In this document: piece after piece, positions 49,409 through 59,800 of the stretch
How the letters are laid out: every line of letters begins with the position of its first letter
How positions within the stretch are numbered: the first letter of the stretch is position 1
Assembly: GCA_045803545.1 (NCBI GenBank)
Contig: JBJMOW010000004.1
Coordinates: 256,001-320,000 of the forward strand
Length of the DNA: 64,000 bases
Direction of reading: 5' to 3'
Source of the DNA: Gemmatimonadaceae bacterium
GTDB lineage: Bacteria; Gemmatimonadota; Gemmatimonadetes; Gemmatimonadales; Gemmatimonadaceae
Translations under genes and position numbers: made by a program
Notes under the pieces: model-generated
Told to the model about the DNA's origin: nothing
Database searches by the model: none
Seen by the model: the letters and a program-made list of their open reading frames with translations, nothing else

Positions 49409-50377
49409 ATGAGTTTCCGGACCGCCGGAATTCATCACGTCACCGGCATCGCCAGCGATCCGCAACGAAATCTGGATTTCTACGCTGGCATCCTCGGCCT
49501 TCGGCTCGTAAAGCGCACCGTCAATTTCGACGATCCGACTACCTATCATTTCTATTTCGGTAATGAGAGTGGTAGCCCTGGTACAATTCTGACGTTCTTC
49601 CCCTGGCCAGATGCCCGCCGCGGGCGCCAGGGCGGTGGACAGGTTGCTGTCACCTCGTTCTCCATCAGGCCCGCGTCGCTCGGATTCTGGATCGAGCGGT
49701 TCATCAAAAAGCGCGTTGAGTTCGAGCAGCCCGCTGCGCGCTACGAAGACGAGCGCATCATCGCTTTCAAAGACCACGAAGGCTTCATGGGAGAGCTGGT
49801 CGCACACTCGGGAGCCGACGCTCAGTCAGGTTGGTCCGCTGTCGGTGTACCCTCCGAGCACGCAATCCGCGGTCTTTACTCCGTAACACTCTGGCTCGAC
49901 GCCAACGAGCTGACTGGCCAGCTGCTTACCAACACCCTCGGATTCAAGCTCGCGCGCGAGCAGGGGAGCATTTTTCGCTACACTACGCACGACGGTGGAT
50001 CCGGCACCACCGTCGACCTGCGCTGCGTCCCCGGCATCTGGCGCGGAGTCATGGGTGCCGGCACCGTGCACCACGTTGCGTTCCGCTGCACCAGCGAAGC
50101 CGAGCAACTGGAAGTGCGCACGGAGCTCACATCCCTTGGCTATAACGTGACGCCTCAACTCGATCGGGATTACTTCAAGTCGATTTACTTTCGCGAGCCG
50201 GGCGGAGTTTTGTTCGAGATCGCAACGGATGCTCCCGGTTTTGCAGTCGACGAGCCTGTTGACGCCCTCGGTCAGTCACTGAAGCTGCCCAGCTGGCTGG
50301 AGCCGCGGCGCTTCGAGATCGAAGCGTTGTTGCCGAACATTCATGTCCCATTGGAGCTGCGTGGTCCCAACGCGTGA
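49409..50377 (+). CDS. ring-cleaving dioxygenase (MhqO-like, VOC family)
   Basis: GIHHVT, VKRTVNFDDP..YHFYFG, GTVHHVAF, DRDYFKSIYFREPGGVLFEIATD. Confidence 0.93.
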   Translation: MSFRTAGIHHVTGIASDPQRNLDFYAGILGLRLVKRTVNFDDPTTYHFYFGNESGSPGTILTFFPWPDARRGRQGGGQVAVTSFSIRPASLGFWIERFIKKRVEFEQPAARYEDERIIAFKDHEGFMGELVAHSGADAQSGWSAVGVPSEHAIRGLYSVTLWLDANELTGQLLTNTLGFKLAREQGSIFRYTTHDGGSGTTVDLRCVPGIWRGVMGAGTVHHVAFRCTSEAEQLEVRTELTSLGYNVTPQLDRDYFKSIYFREPGGVLFEIATDAPGFAVDEPVDALGQSLKLPSWLEPRRFEIEALLPNIHVPLELRGPNA

Positions 50378-51003
50378 CTGACGATCTTGGATTCATTCAT
50401 CGATTTGTTCCCAGCGAAGAGTCGGCGGAAACTCTGCTCGTTCTGCACGGCACCGGCGGCGATGAGAACGACCTCATCGGCATCGGCCAGGCGATCGCGC
50501 CAGGCGCTGCCATTTTGAGTCCGCGCGGGAACGTTCTGGAGAACGGTGCTCCGCGGTTCTTCAAGCGCCTGGCCGAGGGCGTGTTCGATCCCAAGGAAGT
50601 TCGCTCGCGTGCCGAAGAGCTCGCCCGGTTCATTCGTGCCGCTGCAATTACCTACCGACTCGACCCTTCACGGATTTTCGCGTTTGGCTATTCCAATGGC
50701 GCAAACATCGCCTCGACGGTCATGCTGGTCGAGCCGGGCGTAATCCAGGGATCGATTTTGTTTCGTCCAATGGTTGTATATGAGCCACCCGATAAGGCAG
50801 ACCTGAGCGGATCCTCAATCTTCATTTCCGCTGGCAGGCTCGACTCGATCGTTCCAACAGACAGTGTCGAACAGCTGGCAGAAATCTTTCGCTCAGGCAA
50901 TGCGGACGTGACGCTTAAGTGGCAGATCTCGGGTCACAACCTCGTCCCCGGCGAGGTTCGTGAGGCCGCCGAATGGTTCGCCCTACAACGAGCGCGAGTA
51001 TGA
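50374..51003 (+). CDS. alpha/beta hydrolase (MhqD-like carboxylesterase)
   Basis: LHGTGGDE, GYSNGAN, GH. Coupled to the dioxygenase. Confidence 0.9.
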   Translation: MTDDLGFIHRFVPSEESAETLLVLHGTGGDENDLIGIGQAIAPGAAILSPRGNVLENGAPRFFKRLAEGVFDPKEVRSRAEELARFIRAAAITYRLDPSRIFAFGYSNGANIASTVMLVEPGVIQGSILFRPMVVYEPPDKADLSGSSIFISAGRLDSIVPTDSVEQLAEIFRSGNADVTLKWQISGHNLVPGEVREAAEWFALQRARV

Positions 51004-51018
51004 GCTACTTTCAACATC

Positions 51019-53082
51019 ATGACTGAGTCGACCGACACCGCGACGCCTCCGCGTTCAGCGTCCTCTTCTTCAGCTTCATCGGCTGGCCAGTCGCTCGAAG
51101 AACTTTGCATCAACGCAATCCGCGTCCTCGCGATGGACGCAGTACAAAAAGCGGATTCCGGCCATCCCGGCACGCCGATGGCGCTCGCACCACTCGCCTA
51201 TGTGTTGTGGACTCAGCACCTGCGTTACAACCCGCAGGATCCACATTGGATGAACCGCGATCGCTTCGTGTTGTCGGCTGGCCACGCGTCGATGCTTCAG
51301 TACAGTGTGCTCTATCTCACCGGGTATGATCTCTCACTCGACGACCTCAAACAGTTCCGTCAGTGGGAGAGCAAGACGCCTGGCCATCCCGAATACGGCT
51401 ACACGCCGGGTGTAGAAACCACCACCGGTCCACTCGGCCAGGGCATCGGCAACTCTGTCGGGATGGCTGTTGCTGAAGCTCACATGGCAGCGGTGTTCAA
51501 CCGCGATCAGAAGATTATCGACCACCACACCTACTTCATCGCCAGCGATGGCGACATGATGGAAGGTGTGTCGCACGAGGCGGCTTCGTTCGCCGGTCAC
51601 GCGAAGTTGGGCAAACTGATTGGCTTCTACGACGACAACCACATCACTATCGAGGGCGATACCGCTCTCACCTTCAGCGACGATACCGGGCTTCGCTTCG
51701 AGGCTTACGGCTGGCACATCCAGCACGTCGCCGACGTCAACGATGTCCCGACTCTCAATCGCGCGATCGAAGCTGCGAAGGCAGAGACAGCCCGACCTTC
51801 GCTGATCGTTGTTCGTTCGCACATTGGTTACGGCAGTCCGAACAAGCACGACACCGCTGAGGCGCACGGATCTGCACTCGGCAAGGACGAGATCGCGCTC
51901 ACGAAGAAGGCGCTCAACTATCCATCCGACGAGCCTTTTTGGGTCGCGCCCGACGCACTTCGTTTCTGGCGTGACACTGCAAAGCGTCGGGCGACAGTGC
52001 AGGAAGATTGGCAGAAGACTTACGACGCGTACAAAGCAGCTCATCCCGATCTGGAGAAGGAGCTGCAGCGGCGTTTCCGCGGCGAGCTTCCCGCCGGCTG
52101 GGAAGACGCATTGCCGGTCTTCACGGTTAAGGATGGCAACGTCGCCAGTCGCGCGGCGTCGGGTGTCGTGATCAACGCCATCGCCAAAAAGCTTCCGGAG
52201 TTGATGGGCGGGTCCGCGGACCTCGCCAGCTCGACCAACACCATCATCAAAGGCGAGCCAAGCTTCAGCCCGGAGAACTACGCCGGCCGCAATTTCCATT
52301 TTGGAATTCGCGAGCACGGCATGGGCTCGATCATGAACGGCATTTCGTTATGGGGTGGAATAATCCCGTACGGTGCGACGTTCCTCATTTTCTCGGACTA
52401 TATGCGCCCACCCGTTCGGCTCGCGTGCATAATGGACCGACACGTCATCTACGTATACACACACGACTCGATCGGGCTCGGTGAAGACGGTCCCACCCAT
52501 CAACCGATCGAGCAACTGAGTGCTCTGCGCGCGATTCCCGAATTCACGGTGATCAGGCCCGCCGATGCGTCGGAGACCACCGAAGCCTGGCGTGCTGCCC
52601 TCAAGCACAACGGTCCGACCGCTCTCGTGCTCACGCGACAAAAGCTCTCCTTTATCGACCGGTCGAAATACGCTCCGGCGAGCGGCCTTGCGCGCGGTGC
52701 ATACGTCCTCGCTGACGAACCGGGTGGCAAGCCTGACATTGTGTTGATGTCCAGCGGATCGGAAGTCGCGCTCATTCTCGACGCACAAAAGCAGCTCGAG
52801 GCCGATGGGATTCGAGCTCGCGCCGTCAGCATGCCCAGCCACGAGATTTTCGCGCGTCAGGATCAGGCGTATCGTGACAGCGTGCTGCCGAAGGGTATCA
52901 AGCGGATCGCGATGGAAGCCGCGCATCCAATGTCGTGGTACAAATGGGTTGGCGATGACGGAGTAATTCTCGGTCTCGAGCGATTTGGCGCATCGGCGCC
53001 TGCACCCACCATCTACGAGCACCTCGGAATTACCGTCGACCACATCGTGAAGACAGCGAAGCAGCTCCTCGACAGGAAATAA
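51019..53082 (+). CDS. tkt: transketolase
   Basis: [47 protein letters not shown]. Confidence 0.97.
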   Translation: MTESTDTATPPRSASSSSASSAGQSLEELCINAIRVLAMDAVQKADSGHPGTPMALAPLAYVLWTQHLRYNPQDPHWMNRDRFVLSAGHASMLQYSVLYLTGYDLSLDDLKQFRQWESKTPGHPEYGYTPGVETTTGPLGQGIGNSVGMAVAEAHMAAVFNRDQKIIDHHTYFIASDGDMMEGVSHEAASFAGHAKLGKLIGFYDDNHITIEGDTALTFSDDTGLRFEAYGWHIQHVADVNDVPTLNRAIEAAKAETARPSLIVVRSHIGYGSPNKHDTAEAHGSALGKDEIALTKKALNYPSDEPFWVAPDALRFWRDTAKRRATVQEDWQKTYDAYKAAHPDLEKELQRRFRGELPAGWEDALPVFTVKDGNVASRAASGVVINAIAKKLPELMGGSADLASSTNTIIKGEPSFSPENYAGRNFHFGIREHGMGSIMNGISLWGGIIPYGATFLIFSDYMRPPVRLACIMDRHVIYVYTHDSIGLGEDGPTHQPIEQLSALRAIPEFTVIRPADASETTEAWRAALKHNGPTALVLTRQKLSFIDRSKYAPASGLARGAYVLADEPGGKPDIVLMSSGSEVALILDAQKQLEADGIRARAVSMPSHEIFARQDQAYRDSVLPKGIKRIAMEAAHPMSWYKWVGDDGVILGLERFGASAPAPTIYEHLGITVDHIVKTAKQLLDRK

Positions 53083-53116
53083 GAATCCGAGTCCCCGCGT
53101 TCTTCGCGACGCAGCC

Positions 53117-53764
53117 GTGAACGGAAAGGATCCACTTCTAAAAGACATCAGCGTCACGCTGAATCCCGACACACCTGAGTGGCCGGGTGATACGCCGTTC
53201 ACGTGCGGATGGTCCTCGCTCATGGCCGCCGGCGCCAGCGTCAATGTGTCCTCATTCGCGTCGAGCCCGCACGTTGGCACGCATGCTGATGCACCACTCC
53301 ATGTCCGGGAGGGATGGTCCGGTTCGCACGAATTGTCGCTCGATGCGTTCTACGGTCCGGCGATCGTCGTCGATGTCTCCAATCTCGACAAGGAAATCAG
53401 CATCGAGGATCTCGAGCGCATCCAGTCGCTTCCATTCGTCGAGCGACTGCTGTTGCGAACTGGCCGCTCAATTGCCAGCGGCGCCTTTCCTGAGGATTGG
53501 CCAACGCTCTCCGAATCATGCGTCCGAACGCTTCTTGGTCGCGGATTGCGGTTACTCGGCGTCGACAGCCCGTCGGTAGATCAACGGGAGAGCAAAAACC
53601 TTCCCGTTCACAACATGATCTTTGCTGCCAATGCGGCAATTCTCGAGAATCTCGACTTGCGGCGTGTTTCACCAAGCATGTACGAGCTGATGGCCTTTCC
53701 ACTCAAGCTGATGGCGCTTGATGCGGCGCCGGTGCGCGCAGTACTCCGCCAGATAGTCGCTTGA
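53117..53764 (+). CDS. kynB: cyclase family protein / kynurenine formamidase
   Basis: WPGDTPF, HVGTHADAPLH, GVDSPSVD, ILENL, DAAPVRAVL. Confidence 0.82.
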   Translation: MNGKDPLLKDISVTLNPDTPEWPGDTPFTCGWSSLMAAGASVNVSSFASSPHVGTHADAPLHVREGWSGSHELSLDAFYGPAIVVDVSNLDKEISIEDLERIQSLPFVERLLLRTGRSIASGAFPEDWPTLSESCVRTLLGRGLRLLGVDSPSVDQRESKNLPVHNMIFAANAAILENLDLRRVSPSMYELMAFPLKLMALDAAPVRAVLRQIVA

Positions 53765-53765
53765 G

Positions 53766-54839
53766 TTGCTGAGACGCACACTCGCAATCTCCATCGCGCT
53801 CGTCTCACTCGCTTTCTTCATCGAGAGTCGGCAGGCAGGGCAATCAGGAAGATCAAAGCGGTCCGGGACAAAAACGCAACAGCGCAGCCGACGTAAGGCT
53901 CCGCCGGTTACGACATTCGCCAGGGACACCGGTGGTGGCGAGCTCATCGTGCGTGTGCTCGACGTCGGCCAGGGCGATGCGATCTATATCCGGAATGGCT
54001 CCAGCAGGATTCTGATCGACGGCGGTCCGCAACCGGAGACACTCGGACGCTATCTCGATTCGCTCCAGCTTAACAACACCACCATCGATGCGGTGATTCT
54101 CACCCATCAGCATCTCGATCACTACAGCGGACTTCGCGAGCTATTCAGGACCAGGCGGCACATTCACGTTCGCTACTTCTTCGAGAACAAGGATCCCGCG
54201 CCGGCAGTCACACTCGCCGAGCTTCGAGATTCAGTTCTATCCAGGACGGATCACGACAGTCTGATCTATCGAGACACCGACGATCCTTGCAGCGACGGCC
54301 GATTGATCTGCACCATCACCATGAATGGCGGCGCCAAGCTCCACCTGCTTGCACCGAAGCCGGACGGCATGGGTGCGAACAATCGATCAGCCGTTGTGAA
54401 GCTCGTCGGACCTGACTCTGCGTCATTCACGATGTGGCTAGGCGGTGACGCCGAGCACGAAGAGATCAACTGGTTCGAGAGCGCAGGCTACAACCTGAAT
54501 CCCGGTATGCGCGTCGATGTCCTTAAAGCCGATCATCATGGCAGCTGCAACGGTGTCACTCCGCATTACCTCGCACTCACTCAGCCGAAGTGGGTTACCG
54601 TATCGGTCGGCGCGCGCAATGAGTACGGCCATATGCACTCACAGGCTAAGGCCATCTATCGGGCCGCGAATACTACGTGGTACCGCACCGACCAGAACGG
54701 GACAATAACCATCCGCTCGCCGGGAACGCCGAGCGGTGGCTACACCATCACGCCGGCACGGCAAGGCGCCGATCTAAACGGCCCCGCGGACCGCAAATCC
54801 AACCAGCTCGCTTGCAGCGAGAGCCCAAACAGCCGCTAG
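53766..54839 (+). CDS. ComEC/Rec2-type metallo-beta-lactamase-fold hydrolase, secreted
   Basis: LDVGQGDA, LIDGG, THQHLDH, GDAE, HHGS, YGH, YRTDQNGTI. Confidence 0.88.
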   Translation: MLRRTLAISIALVSLAFFIESRQAGQSGRSKRSGTKTQQRSRRKAPPVTTFARDTGGGELIVRVLDVGQGDAIYIRNGSSRILIDGGPQPETLGRYLDSLQLNNTTIDAVILTHQHLDHYSGLRELFRTRRHIHVRYFFENKDPAPAVTLAELRDSVLSRTDHDSLIYRDTDDPCSDGRLICTITMNGGAKLHLLAPKPDGMGANNRSAVVKLVGPDSASFTMWLGGDAEHEEINWFESAGYNLNPGMRVDVLKADHHGSCNGVTPHYLALTQPKWVTVSVGARNEYGHMHSQAKAIYRAANTTWYRTDQNGTITIRSPGTPSGGYTITPARQGADLNGPADRKSNQLACSESPNSR

Positions 54840-54914
54840 CTCTCCTCTCGCAGCTAGCTCTCATCTCGCAGTTAGCTCGCAACTCGGACCGAATCAGTTA
54901 GCTCGCATCCCGCA
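54835..54914. repeat. four degenerate 18-bp direct repeats
   Basis: GCTAGCTCTCCTCTCGCA, GCTAGCTCTCATCTCGCA, GTTAGCTCGCAACTCGGA, an 8-nt spacer, then GTTAGCTCGCATCCCGCA. Confidence 0.8.
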
Positions 54915-54917
54915 GCC

Positions 54918-55199
54918 CTACAATTGGATGTCGCCCCCCGGATCTCCTTTCGCTTTTCGCGAAACTTGTTTCGCCGATCGATCCATCGCCTTCTTCCTCG
55001 CCTCTGGATCGACGCGAATCGAGAGATTCGATTTCCCCTCCTCGCGCTCATGCGTCACCGCGAGCACGTCTCCCTCTCGCACGCCAACCGGTAGCATCCA
55101 CTCCGGAATAGGCGTGATACTGCGTCCGTCGACTTCGATTGACGCGGATCCGTCTTCGATCACATCAACAATCCATGTGTGACTTGAAGGCTTTGCCAT
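54918..55199 (-). CDS. DUF3006 domain protein
   Basis: IVDVIEDGSASIE...LPVGVREGDVL...VDPEA and a GGAG RBS. Confidence 0.78.
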   Translation of the reverse strand: MAKPSSHTWIVDVIEDGSASIEVDGRSITPIPEWMLPVGVREGDVLAVTHEREEGKSNLSIRVDPEARKKAMDRSAKQVSRKAKGDPGGDIQL

Positions 55200-55252
55200 T
55201 GCTGTCCACTCCTTCGCTCACTCGTGTACAAACCTGAATTCAGAGTAACACG

Positions 55253-55267
55253 TGGCATGTCGTATGC
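55253..55267 (+). promoter_or_regulatory. sigma54-type box TGGCATG-TCGT-ATGC
   Basis: GG-N10-GC upstream of the FAD/Rieske oxidoreductase. Confidence 0.45.
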
Positions 55268-55321
55268 GCCTACGCGTGTCTCTGCGTCGCCAATTGGCGC
55301 GTTCACAGCAAGAGAAAATCC

Positions 55322-56878
55322 ATGCAAAGCGACTCTGGTAATACTACGTCGGTCTGGATGGCTACGACCGACTTGCCGCAGTTCCAGCCACTTACGCAGG
55401 ATCTCCGAACAAATGTCTGTGTCATCGGAGCTGGAATCGCCGGACTCACAACTGCGTATTTGCTCGCGCGTGCCGGCCGCGCCGTCGTCGTCATCGACGA
55501 CGGACCCATCGGAGGCGGAGAAACCGGACGCACCACTGCGCACCTCACCGCTGCACTTGACGACCGGTACTACAACATTGCCAAGCTTCACGGCGAAGAC
55601 GGAGCTCGCCTTGCGGCGGAGAGTCACATGTCGGCGATTCATCGCGTCGAGAGCATCGCATCGATGGAAGACATTGACTGCGACTTCGAGCGCGTGGAAG
55701 GATATCTCTTCCTCGGCGGCAAAGACACGCGCAAGGAGCTCGAGAAAGAGTTAAAAGCAACACACCACGCGGGACTGACCGATACACAGATCGTCGATCG
55801 CATTCCGTTCGGCTTCTGGGACAGCGGACCAGCACTTCGTTTTCCACGCCAGGCAACATTTCACCCGCTCAAATACCTGAAGGGACTCGTTCGAGCGCTC
55901 CTTCGCGATGGCGGTCGTATTTACACCGGAGTCCACGCCGAGAAAATCGAGGATGGCGAGCCAGCGCGCGTTACGACCACAGGAGGCCAGGTAGTTAGCG
56001 CCGACAACGTCGTCGTGTGCACGAACACCCCGGTCAACGACTGGTTGATCATCCACAGCAAGCAGGCTGCGTATCGCACCTATGTCATCGGCTGTCGGGT
56101 TCCCAAAGGCTCCGTGCCGCATGGCCTCTATTGGGACACTCCTGATCCCTACCATTACGTGCGACTTCAGCCTGCGGAAGACAGATCAGGTCGGGAGCTC
56201 GATTACGAGATTCTGATCGTCGGCGGTGAAGACCACAAGACGGGACAGGCGGACGATGCCGACGATCGGTTCACTCGAATCGAACAATGGACTCGCGAGC
56301 GCTTTCCAATGATAGAGCGCGTCGAGTATCGATGGTCAGGCCAGATCATGGAGCCCGTCGACTACATGGCTTACATCGGCAGAAATCCAGGCGGCGATCA
56401 GCATATCTGGATTGCGACCGGCGATTCTGGAAACGGTATGACCCACGGAACCATCGCCGGCATTGTACTGAACGAGCTCGTACAAGGCCGCAAGCACCAG
56501 TGGGCTCACCTCTATGACCCATCTCGTGTGAAGCTGCGCTCGGCGCCGGAGTACGTGAAGGAAAACGCTAACGTCGCCGAACAGTACAAGGACTACTTCA
56601 CCGCTGGGGAAGTTGCGGGCATCGATGCGCTAAAGCCTGGCGAAGGCGCAGTCGTAGGTCGCGGCAGGGGAAAGATCGCAGTGTATCGAGATGACCGCGG
56701 CACTGTCCACAAACATTCGGCAGTCTGTCCGCATCTCTATTGCATCGTGCGCTGGAACCATACCGAGAAAAGCTGGGATTGCCCATGTCACGGATCGCGC
56801 TTCGATCCTTACGGCAACGTCGTCAACGGTCCCGCTATAGTCGGGCTTTCTCCGGTCGATCAGGAACGGAAGAAGTAG
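55322..56878 (+). CDS. FAD-dependent oxidoreductase with C-terminal Rieske domain (YhfW-like)
   Basis: [28 protein letters not shown] and [10 protein letters not shown]. Confidence 0.92.
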   Translation: MQSDSGNTTSVWMATTDLPQFQPLTQDLRTNVCVIGAGIAGLTTAYLLARAGRAVVVIDDGPIGGGETGRTTAHLTAALDDRYYNIAKLHGEDGARLAAESHMSAIHRVESIASMEDIDCDFERVEGYLFLGGKDTRKELEKELKATHHAGLTDTQIVDRIPFGFWDSGPALRFPRQATFHPLKYLKGLVRALLRDGGRIYTGVHAEKIEDGEPARVTTTGGQVVSADNVVVCTNTPVNDWLIIHSKQAAYRTYVIGCRVPKGSVPHGLYWDTPDPYHYVRLQPAEDRSGRELDYEILIVGGEDHKTGQADDADDRFTRIEQWTRERFPMIERVEYRWSGQIMEPVDYMAYIGRNPGGDQHIWIATGDSGNGMTHGTIAGIVLNELVQGRKHQWAHLYDPSRVKLRSAPEYVKENANVAEQYKDYFTAGEVAGIDALKPGEGAVVGRGRGKIAVYRDDRGTVHKHSAVCPHLYCIVRWNHTEKSWDCPCHGSRFDPYGNVVNGPAIVGLSPVDQERKK

Positions 56879-59800
56879 AAGGCCGCAACAAGGCGGTGAC
56901 GAGGTGGTCCTTGCCGTCATCCACCAGATCGATTGCGCCATCTGCTGAACGACCGTCGACAGTCAGTTCGACTGCGCCACGCTGCAGCTTGTCAGGATTC
57001 TCGATCAGGATCTTGTAGCGCGCTGAGCGGAACCGGTATTCGATCGTGAATTGGTCCCATCCACTCGGTATGCAGGGATCGATGTAAAGCTTCTCGCCAC
57101 GCTGATTGAAGCCGAGTATCGCTTCGAGCGCGATCCGGTACATCCAGCTCGCGGAACCTGTGTACCACGTCCACCCGCCGCGACCCAGATGCCCCTTCGC
57201 AGTGTAGACATCCGCCGCGACGACATAAGGCTCGACTTTATAAGTATCGACGCCTTCGGGGCTGTCGGAGTGGGTGATCGGATTCAGCATTTGGAACAGC
57301 TCGAATGCACGATCACCGTCGCCCTGCACTGCCGTCGCGAGGACGGACCATAAGGCAGCGTGAGTGTATTGCGCTCCGTTCTCGCGCACGCCCGGCAGAT
57401 ATCCCTGGATGTAACCCGGATCGTGCGTCGTTTTGTCGAAGGGCGGCGTCAACAGCATGATCAACCGCGCGTCTTCGCGCACCAGATATTTGTTGAGTGA
57501 CTGCATCCCCTGACGCGCACGGTCTGGGCGGCCCGCTCCCGAGATCACGCTCCAGCTCTGCGCGATCGCGTCGATCTTGCACTCGTCGCTGGTGCGCGAT
57601 CCGAGTGGAGAGCCGTCGTCGAAGTATGCACGCCGGTACCACTCACCGTCCCATGCGGAGCGCTCGATCGCCTCGGCGTATTCCTCTGCCTTGGCCAGCA
57701 TCTCGTCACGCACCGCGCTGTCGCCGCGGCGCTCCGCGTGCGTGGCGAACTTGCGCAGTGTCGTGATCAAAAACCAGGCGAGCCAGACGCTCTCGCCCTT
57801 CCCTTCGATACCCACACGGTTCATTCCGTCGTTCCAATCGCCGCTGCCGATCAATGGCAGCCCGTGCTGTCCTTTCGTGGTTGCTTTGCGCAGAGCCCGC
57901 AAGCAGTGATCGTAGATGTTGCCCGTCTCGGTGGAGACCTTCGGCAAATCGTAGACTTCGTGCTCGTCAGGATTGAGCTCGCGCATCGAGAGATACGGAA
58001 CTTCGACGTCGAAGATGCCGGTATCGCACGCGATGTTCACGTAGTGGTCGATCACGTACGGCAGCCACACCAGGTCGTCGGAGAAACGAGTCCGAACGCC
58101 ACGGCCGCTCTGCGGATGCCACCAGTGCTGTACATCCCCTTCGACGAACTGGCGCGAAGAAGCGCGAACAATGTGGTCGCGCGCGATTTCCGGATCCGCG
58201 TACACGAACGCCATCACGTCCTGCAGCTGATCGCGGAAGCCGAACGCGCCACTCGATTGATACAGTGCGGAACGCGCCCACATGCGGCACGACAGCGCCT
58301 GATACAACGACCAGCGGTTCAGCATCAGATCGAACGTCGGCTCCGGAGTCTTTACCTTCACCGCCTCGAGGCGATGTTCCCAGCTGTCGACATTCGCCTG
58401 AACTGCGGTCTTGGCATCGGCGGGCGCTCGATATTTTGCGATCAGCTCTCTGACGGCGTCCTCGCCTTCAGCCGCGCCGAGCAGCATTACGATCTCTTTC
58501 GTTTCACCCGGTTCGATCGTCACACTCACCTGAAGCGCGCAGCACGGGTCAATCGTCGCGCCAACAGAGCCTGACAAGCCCGCTCGCTCCAGAGCCGCCG
58601 GGCTCGAGGTCGTTCCGTTGCGGCCAAGGAATTCCCGCCGATCCGCCGTGTAGTACGCTACGCGCTCACTTATGGATGCGAACGACACCATCGACGCGAA
58701 TTGAGCATCGAAGTAGTTCCGCGCGAACATCGATTGCGTCTGCTCGTCGAAGCTGGTGCGGATCTGATACTGCGTCAGCTCGCGCGTCGTACCGAGCACC
58801 CATTCCACGTACCACGTTATGGTGAGTCTCTTTCGCGTCACACCGTCGTTGCGCAGCGTCAGCACGGAGATCTTCACTGGATCCTGCTCCGCTATACCGA
58901 GCCGGAATGAGGTCGCCAGCGACTTATGCGCGTGCTCAAACACGGTGTAGCCGGCGCCATGACGAACCTTGTATGGAGTCGGTTCTCTGATCGGACAGGG
59001 CGTTGCCGTCCACAAATCACCGTTGGCATCATCACGCAGGAACACGCAATCACTCGACGGATCGCGAACAGGATCGTTGTGCCAGGGCGAGATTCGATAG
59101 AAGAAGCTGTTGCCCGCCCATGTCGTTCCGCTGCCGCCTTCGCTGACGATAAATCCACCCGCAGGATTTCCGACGACGTTCACCCACGGCGCTGGCGGAT
59201 AATCGCTTCCCGTGAGGTGAATCTCGTACTCGCCTCGCTCATTGAACCCGCCCAGGCCATTGAAGCACTGTAGCCCTGTCCCCGGGTCGGCAGAGTCCGC
59301 GTGAATCGGCACCGTCCCCAATGGGACGATGTCGCGATTCATGATCTCGAGCTTCGGTGGATACCTGTCCTCCACACCCGGGAACTCGAGGAAGTTGCCG
59401 AGCCCGAGCCCGTCGCAGTTCACCTGCACGCGCGCCATTGCCGTCAGCAGCGTGATGTCTTCCGGTGTTAGCAAATCCGCTCGCCGGATGAACACTCCAC
59501 CCGGACGATCGAGTAGTCCGGCTTCACTCGACGCCATGACCGTTGCCAGCAGCTCGTCACTCAGCTCCTGCATGTAGGTCATCGGATGCATGTTGAGAAT
59601 CACCAGGTCGCAGGTGATTCCCTTTAATCGCCAATAGTGATGCGTTCGCAACAGCTGCCGCACGCTCGGCATGCCGACAGGACTCTCGATCATTGCGAGC
59701 AGAATTGGCCAGTCGCCGGAAATTCCGAGAGACCATAGCGCCTGCTGTCCGAGCTTGTTTTGCTCGACCGCACTTTGTGCCGGTCTGAATCCCGGGTGCG

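Noticed and set aside
54835..54914. Possible mini-CRISPR array
   Set aside because: Units are 18 bp, degenerate and directly tandem without unique spacers, and there are no cas genes in the window.
56835..56878. 44-bp 3' overlap of the convergent oxidoreductase and glucan synthase genes
   Set aside because: Short convergent overlaps are common, and both proteins look complete at the C-terminus.
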